DNA from: a virus
Taxonomy: Duplodnaviria > Heunggongvirae > Uroviricota > Caudoviricetes
Length of the DNA: 23,723 bases
Strand: one strand, 5' to 3'
IMG/VR virus record: IMGVR_UViG_2606217111_000003
Positions 20,058 through 23,723 of this stretch are shown one piece after another. A program made the translations under genes and the position numbers. The notes below the pieces were generated by a model. That model searched no databases. It saw only the letters and a list, made by a program, of their open reading frames with translations, and was not told the origin of the DNA. Position 1 is the first letter of the stretch. The number at the start of each line of letters is the position of its first letter.

Positions 20058-21125
20058 ATGACACAGAACTGGATGAGACATTTCGAGCTGCAGCTTGTGG
20101 ACGGGAACGGTCAGGGAATTGAGCTAAGTGATTTCAAAGTCACCTTTACGATCGACTGGTTCAACATCAGCAGCGCGTCCCGGGTAGGGACTATCAAAAT
20201 TTATAACCTCTCGGCAGATACTGTGAACCGAATTACCGGGCAGGAGTTTTCGAAAGTGCGTCTGATTGCGGGTTACGACGGTATCGCGCCGGAGGTGTCG
20301 GCAAGCGATGTCGGGACCGTGCGGGAGGTTGATGCGGCGGACGTGGGCCAGAGTGATGGCCGCAACTACGGACTGATTTTCAGCGGTGAAATTCGCTACT
20401 CGGTCACAGGAAAAGACAGCCCGGTTGATTCCTACGTCCTGATTCAGGCAGCCGATACAGATCTGGCTTTTGCCACCAGTATAACCTCACAGACGCTGGC
20501 TGCCGGTTACACGGTCGCTGATGTGAACCGTGCGCTGATGAAAGACTTCGAAGCCAAAGGTGCGACCGAAGGCCTGACGCCTGAAATGCCTGCTACTGTA
20601 TTCCCCCGGGGGCGGGTACTCTTTGGCATGACGCGGCATCTTATGGATAATGTAGCCGGGCAATGTGGCGCAACATGGCAATTCGTGGATGGTCAACGCC
20701 AGATGGTGGCGAATAATGAATATGTTCACGAAGCGATTGTGCTCAACAGCGCTACCGGGCTTATTGGCATGCCGCAGCAGACTATCGGTAACGGCGTAAA
20801 CGTCCGCGCGCTTATTAATCCGAACATCCGGGTTAACGGGCTCATTCAACTGGATCAGGCTTCAGTGTATCGTACCGCGTTGTCGAACAACGATATCGCG
20901 ATGGCCGGTGGGCAGATCACCGACCAGAACACGGACGGAAATATTACGCTAAGCGGCACCACATCGCAGCCTGCCAGCATCGCAACGGATGGCGTTTATA
21001 TTGTGCGTGGGATTATGTACACTGGCGACACAAGGGGGCAGGCGTGGTACATGGATATGATGTGTGAAGCACGTGGCGCGGCTGATCTACTTTCGTCCTC
21101 AGCGCAGCAAAGGATTTATTCATGA
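20058..21125 (+). CDS. Tail/baseplate-associated protein (hub-like candidate)
   Basis: 355 aa, 2-nt gap from the upstream gene; last high-GC structural gene before the AT-rich island. Confidence 0.55.
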   Translation: MTQNWMRHFELQLVDGNGQGIELSDFKVTFTIDWFNISSASRVGTIKIYNLSADTVNRITGQEFSKVRLIAGYDGIAPEVSASDVGTVREVDAADVGQSDGRNYGLIFSGEIRYSVTGKDSPVDSYVLIQAADTDLAFATSITSQTLAAGYTVADVNRALMKDFEAKGATEGLTPEMPATVFPRGRVLFGMTRHLMDNVAGQCGATWQFVDGQRQMVANNEYVHEAIVLNSATGLIGMPQQTIGNGVNVRALINPNIRVNGLIQLDQASVYRTALSNNDIAMAGGQITDQNTDGNITLSGTTSQPASIATDGVYIVRGIMYTGDTRGQAWYMDMMCEARGAADLLSSSAQQRIYS

Positions 21126-21469
21126 AGCGTATGAAGTTAGTTTTGACAATTTCGTTATTATTTTCTTGTTCAGCAGCTTTTGCTGATTTGCAATGCGGCG
21201 GATATCTACTTCATGCAGCTGATAACGGTTGGACAAAAATCAACGGTGAGCAGGTAACATCACAGAAGATTACGTTTCTTGGTAAGAAAGATGACTGGGA
21301 CAACGTTAAAACTAACATGGGCCTGATGCCTTCTCGCGATGGCAACAATTACGGCTTTGAGTTTGTGAAGCGTAACGGAAAAGCTTTCCTGAACGTCCAG
21401 CTTCTGCAGAACAGCATGGATGCGCCTAAAATCATCGGATCATTCCCTTGTAAAAAGGCGTTACGCTAA
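21122..21469 (+). CDS. Small secreted protein (115 aa) with N-terminal signal peptide, two Cys in the mature part; function unknown
   Basis: MKRMKLVLTISLLFSCSAAFA then polar mature domain; AT-rich; ATGA overlap with the last tail gene. Confidence 0.6.
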   Translation: MKRMKLVLTISLLFSCSAAFADLQCGGYLLHAADNGWTKINGEQVTSQKITFLGKKDDWDNVKTNMGLMPSRDGNNYGFEFVKRNGKAFLNVQLLQNSMDAPKIIGSFPCKKALR

Positions 21470-21506
21470 AGTTTGATGTCAATCTTCCGAGATGAGCGCT
21501 TTAAGG

Positions 21507-21535
21507 TTGACGAGATATTGTTCAAAGTTCACAAT
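21507..21535 (+). promoter_or_regulatory. Candidate sigma-70 promoter (ttgacg, 17-nt spacer, cacaat) upstream of the 257-aa gene
   Basis: Hexamers read directly from sequence, about 30 nt upstream of the ORF start; modest -10 match. Confidence 0.35.
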
Positions 21536-21564
21536 CACAATCCCTTTAGTAAGAGAAATAATCC

Positions 21565-22338
21565 ATGGCGGCAGGCATCCCATTAGAAAAAGCGCAAAAA
21601 TATATTGAACAATTCAATGCGCTTCTATTGGATAGGGAAAGTTTAGATCCCTTCACTGAAAAGAAAATTCGAGAGGAACTTTCTGTCTCTCCAACGCCTG
21701 CTACCAACATTGCACTATCTTATCTGGATGCAATAACCGGAAAGATTGAAAGCGCGTTACGTTATCTCAGGATAAGCCTAGAAGTAAACGATGTAACGTT
21801 GGCAATGCACTATCATCACATTTTAATTAATACATTTAGCTATAATGAACTCAAGGATGTCTATGTCCCGCTGGCAAAGAAGTATCGGACAAAACTCTTT
21901 AGTCACAACGCATACAGTTGGGCGTACCGTTGCGGCGAGCGTGAACAGTTAAAATTTTATATGGAAGAGCACATTAAGCTTCTTTCTGAATCAGAAGGCA
22001 GGAGTAATGCTATGAAGCACAAAGAAGAACTCCTTGCAGAAATGGATAATTTCTATAGCGCCACACAGTGCTCGAAGGAACAGTTCCAGACCTTAGCATC
22101 CATAATCTGGGGCTTGCTAAGTGAATACAAGGCTACGACAGGTTTCGTTCAGCTTAGTGGAAGCGGTTGCTATGTTGTTGATATTAAAAATCTTGAGCCT
22201 AAAACTATTGCCAAAATGAACTTCGACTTGGCTGATAGAGTCTGCGCTGAATCTAAACTGGATGATTGTTCCCTGTTAGCTAGATTTACCTCTCCGCGTC
22301 AGTTGCATACGGGGGTGAGCTACCATGTCGGTAACTAG
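21565..22338 (+). CDS. Hypothetical protein (257 aa), AT-rich island gene; function unknown
   Basis: Long uninterrupted ORF in AT-rich DNA; 14-nt overlap with the downstream 93-aa ORF suggests an operon; no motif I can assign. Confidence 0.6.
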   Translation: MAAGIPLEKAQKYIEQFNALLLDRESLDPFTEKKIREELSVSPTPATNIALSYLDAITGKIESALRYLRISLEVNDVTLAMHYHHILINTFSYNELKDVYVPLAKKYRTKLFSHNAYSWAYRCGEREQLKFYMEEHIKLLSESEGRSNAMKHKEELLAEMDNFYSATQCSKEQFQTLASIIWGLLSEYKATTGFVQLSGSGCYVVDIKNLEPKTIAKMNFDLADRVCAESKLDDCSLLARFTSPRQLHTGVSYHVGN

Positions 22339-22606
22339 CAATCAGATTCTCGATACCGCTCGATTATGTCTGTCTGAAAATATTGAGAGTGGATTTCGAA
22401 GCGCTATCTCAAGGGCGTATTACAGTATGTTACATGAGTCTATTAGCTCACTTACTGCCATACCGCATTTTACCCATGAGCATCACAAAAATACTGTGGG
22501 TTATATGTCAACGCCCTCAGAGTGCAAATCAGAGCCATACCCGACAAATACACTGAAATCCCTAGCTTTCGTACTTCGCCAGTGGCGGGATGCTAGAAAT
22601 GAATAG
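22325..22606 (+). CDS. Hypothetical protein, 3'-truncated by IS2 (93 aa as encoded; stop codon TAG is the first three bases of the IS2 left inverted repeat); contains an R-x6-H segment (SRAYYSMLH)
   Basis: ORF overlaps the 257-aa gene and runs without a stop into the IS2 end at 22604. Confidence 0.5.
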   Translation: MSVTSNQILDTARLCLSENIESGFRSAISRAYYSMLHESISSLTAIPHFTHEHHKNTVGYMSTPSECKSEPYPTNTLKSLAFVLRQWRDARNE

Positions 22607-22817
22607 ACTGGCCCCCTGAATCTCCAGACAACCAATATCACTTAAATAAGTGATAGTCTTAATACTAGTTTTTAGACTAGTCATTGGAGAACAGATGATT
22701 GATGTCTTAGTAGACTGGCCCCCTGAATCTCCAGACAACCAATATCACTTAAATAAGTGATAGTCTTAATACTAGTTTTTAGACTAGTCATTGGAGAACA
22801 GATGATTGATGTCTTAG
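22604..22817 (+). repeat. Perfect tandem direct repeat, 2 x 107 bp, each unit the IS2 left inverted repeat plus leader and first 16 nt of insC
   Basis: Units 22604-22710 and 22711-22817 are identical base for base; canonical IS2 carries this segment once. Confidence 0.9.
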
Positions 22818-23167
22818 GGCCGGAGAAACGCAGACGGCGTACCACACAGGAAAAGATCGCAATTGTTCAGCAGAGCTTTGAACCGGGGATGACGGTCTCC
22901 CTCGTTGCCCGGCAACATGGTGTAGCAGCCAGCCAGTTATTTCTCTGGCGTAAGCAATACCAGGAAGGAAGTCTTACTGCTGTCGCCGCCGGAGAACAGG
23001 TTGTTCCTGCCTCTGAACTTGCTGCCGCCATGAAGCAGATTAAAGAGCTCCAGCGCCTGCTCGGCAAGAAAACGATGGAAAATGAACTCCTCAAAGAAGC
23101 CGTTGAATATGGACGGGCAAAAAAGTGGATAGCGCACGCGCCCTTATTGCCCGGGGATGGGGAGTAA
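22802..23167 (+). CDS. insC: IS2 transposase OrfA (InsC, HTH DNA-binding protein)
   Basis: 121 aa, [56 protein letters not shown]... matches IS2 InsC. Confidence 0.95.
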
Positions 23168-23723
23168 GCTTAGTCAGCCGTTGTCTCCGGGTGTCGCGTG
23201 CGCAGTTGCACGTCATTCTCAGACGAACCGATGACTGGATGGATGGCCGCCGCAGTCGTCACACTGATGATACGGATGTGCTTCTCCGTATACACCATGT
23301 TATCGGAGAGCTGCCCACGTATGGTTATCGTCGGGTATGGGCGCTGCTTCGCAGACAGGCAGAACTTGATGGTATGCCTGCGATCAATGCCAAACGTGTT
23401 TACCGGATCATGCGCCAGAATGCGCTGTTGCTTGAGCGAAAACCTGCTGTACCGCCATCGAAACGGGCACATACAGGCAGAGTGGCTGTGAAAGAAAGTA
23501 ATCAGCGATGGTGCTCTGACGGGTTCGAGTTCCGCTGTGATAACGGAGAAAAACTGCGAGTCACGTTCGCGCTGGACTGCTGTGACCGTGAGGCACTGCA
23601 CTGGGCGGTCACTACGGGCGGCTTCAACAGTGAAACAGTACAGGACGTCATGCTGGGAGCGGTGGAACGCCGCTTCGGCAACGAGCTTCCGGCGTCTCCA
23701 GTAGAGTGGCTGACGGATAATGG
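23125..23723 (+). CDS. insD: IS2 transposase OrfB (InsD, DDE catalytic domain), partial; expressed as an OrfAB fusion by -1 frameshift at aaaaaag (23119-23125)
   Basis: From GTG 23125 in the -1 frame: [43 protein letters not shown]...; runs to the window edge. Confidence 0.9.

Larger units (their letters stand above)
22604..23723 (+). mobile_element. IS2 (IS3 family), 3' part outside window; left end begins at 22604 (outer copy) or 22711 (inner copy)
   Basis: Left inverted repeat tagactggccccctgaatctccagacaacc, insC, A6G frameshift motif and insD N-terminus all match IS2 as I recall it. Confidence 0.9.

Noticed and set aside
22604-22817. Could the 2 x 107-bp repeat be a CRISPR array or att-site repeat?
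   Set aside because: Only two identical units with no spacers, and the unit is recognisably the IS2 left end.
23170-23601. 143-aa minus-strand ORF
   Set aside because: Lies entirely antisense within IS2 insD.

Overview
The window is a contiguous slice of a mosaic lambdoid prophage, almost entirely on the + strand, followed by an AT-rich accessory island and an IS2 insertion. All protein identifications are from reading the translations and from my recollection of phage lambda, phage 21 and IS2 sequences; no database search or folding program was run, and GC differences are judged by eye. Order of modules: (1) lambda-type replication and nin region: ori iteron and A-rich tract, O C-terminus, P, ren, tR2, ninB, ninE, ninF, ninG (no ninC, ninD, ninH or ninI); (2) a non-lambda Q antiterminator, a putative late promoter and terminator, and two tandem tRNA-like genes; (3) a phage-21-type lysis cassette: pinholin S, SAR endolysin R, Rz with embedded Rz1; (4) a 0.44-kb gap and one AT-rich gene on the opposite strand; (5) packaging and head genes: terS, terL, portal, MuF-like protein, scaffold, major capsid, connector genes; (6) a contractile-tail module: sheath, tube, chaperone with a -1 frameshift site, tape measure and three post-tape-measure genes; (7) a three-gene AT-rich island (secreted protein, then an overlapping 257-aa and 93-aa pair) whose last gene is cut by IS2; (8) IS2 with its first 107 bp present twice in tandem, running off the window end. 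The best candidates for an undescribed system are the 21.1-22.6 kb island and the antisense gene at 5.4-5.9 kb; neither could be assigned a function from sequence alone.
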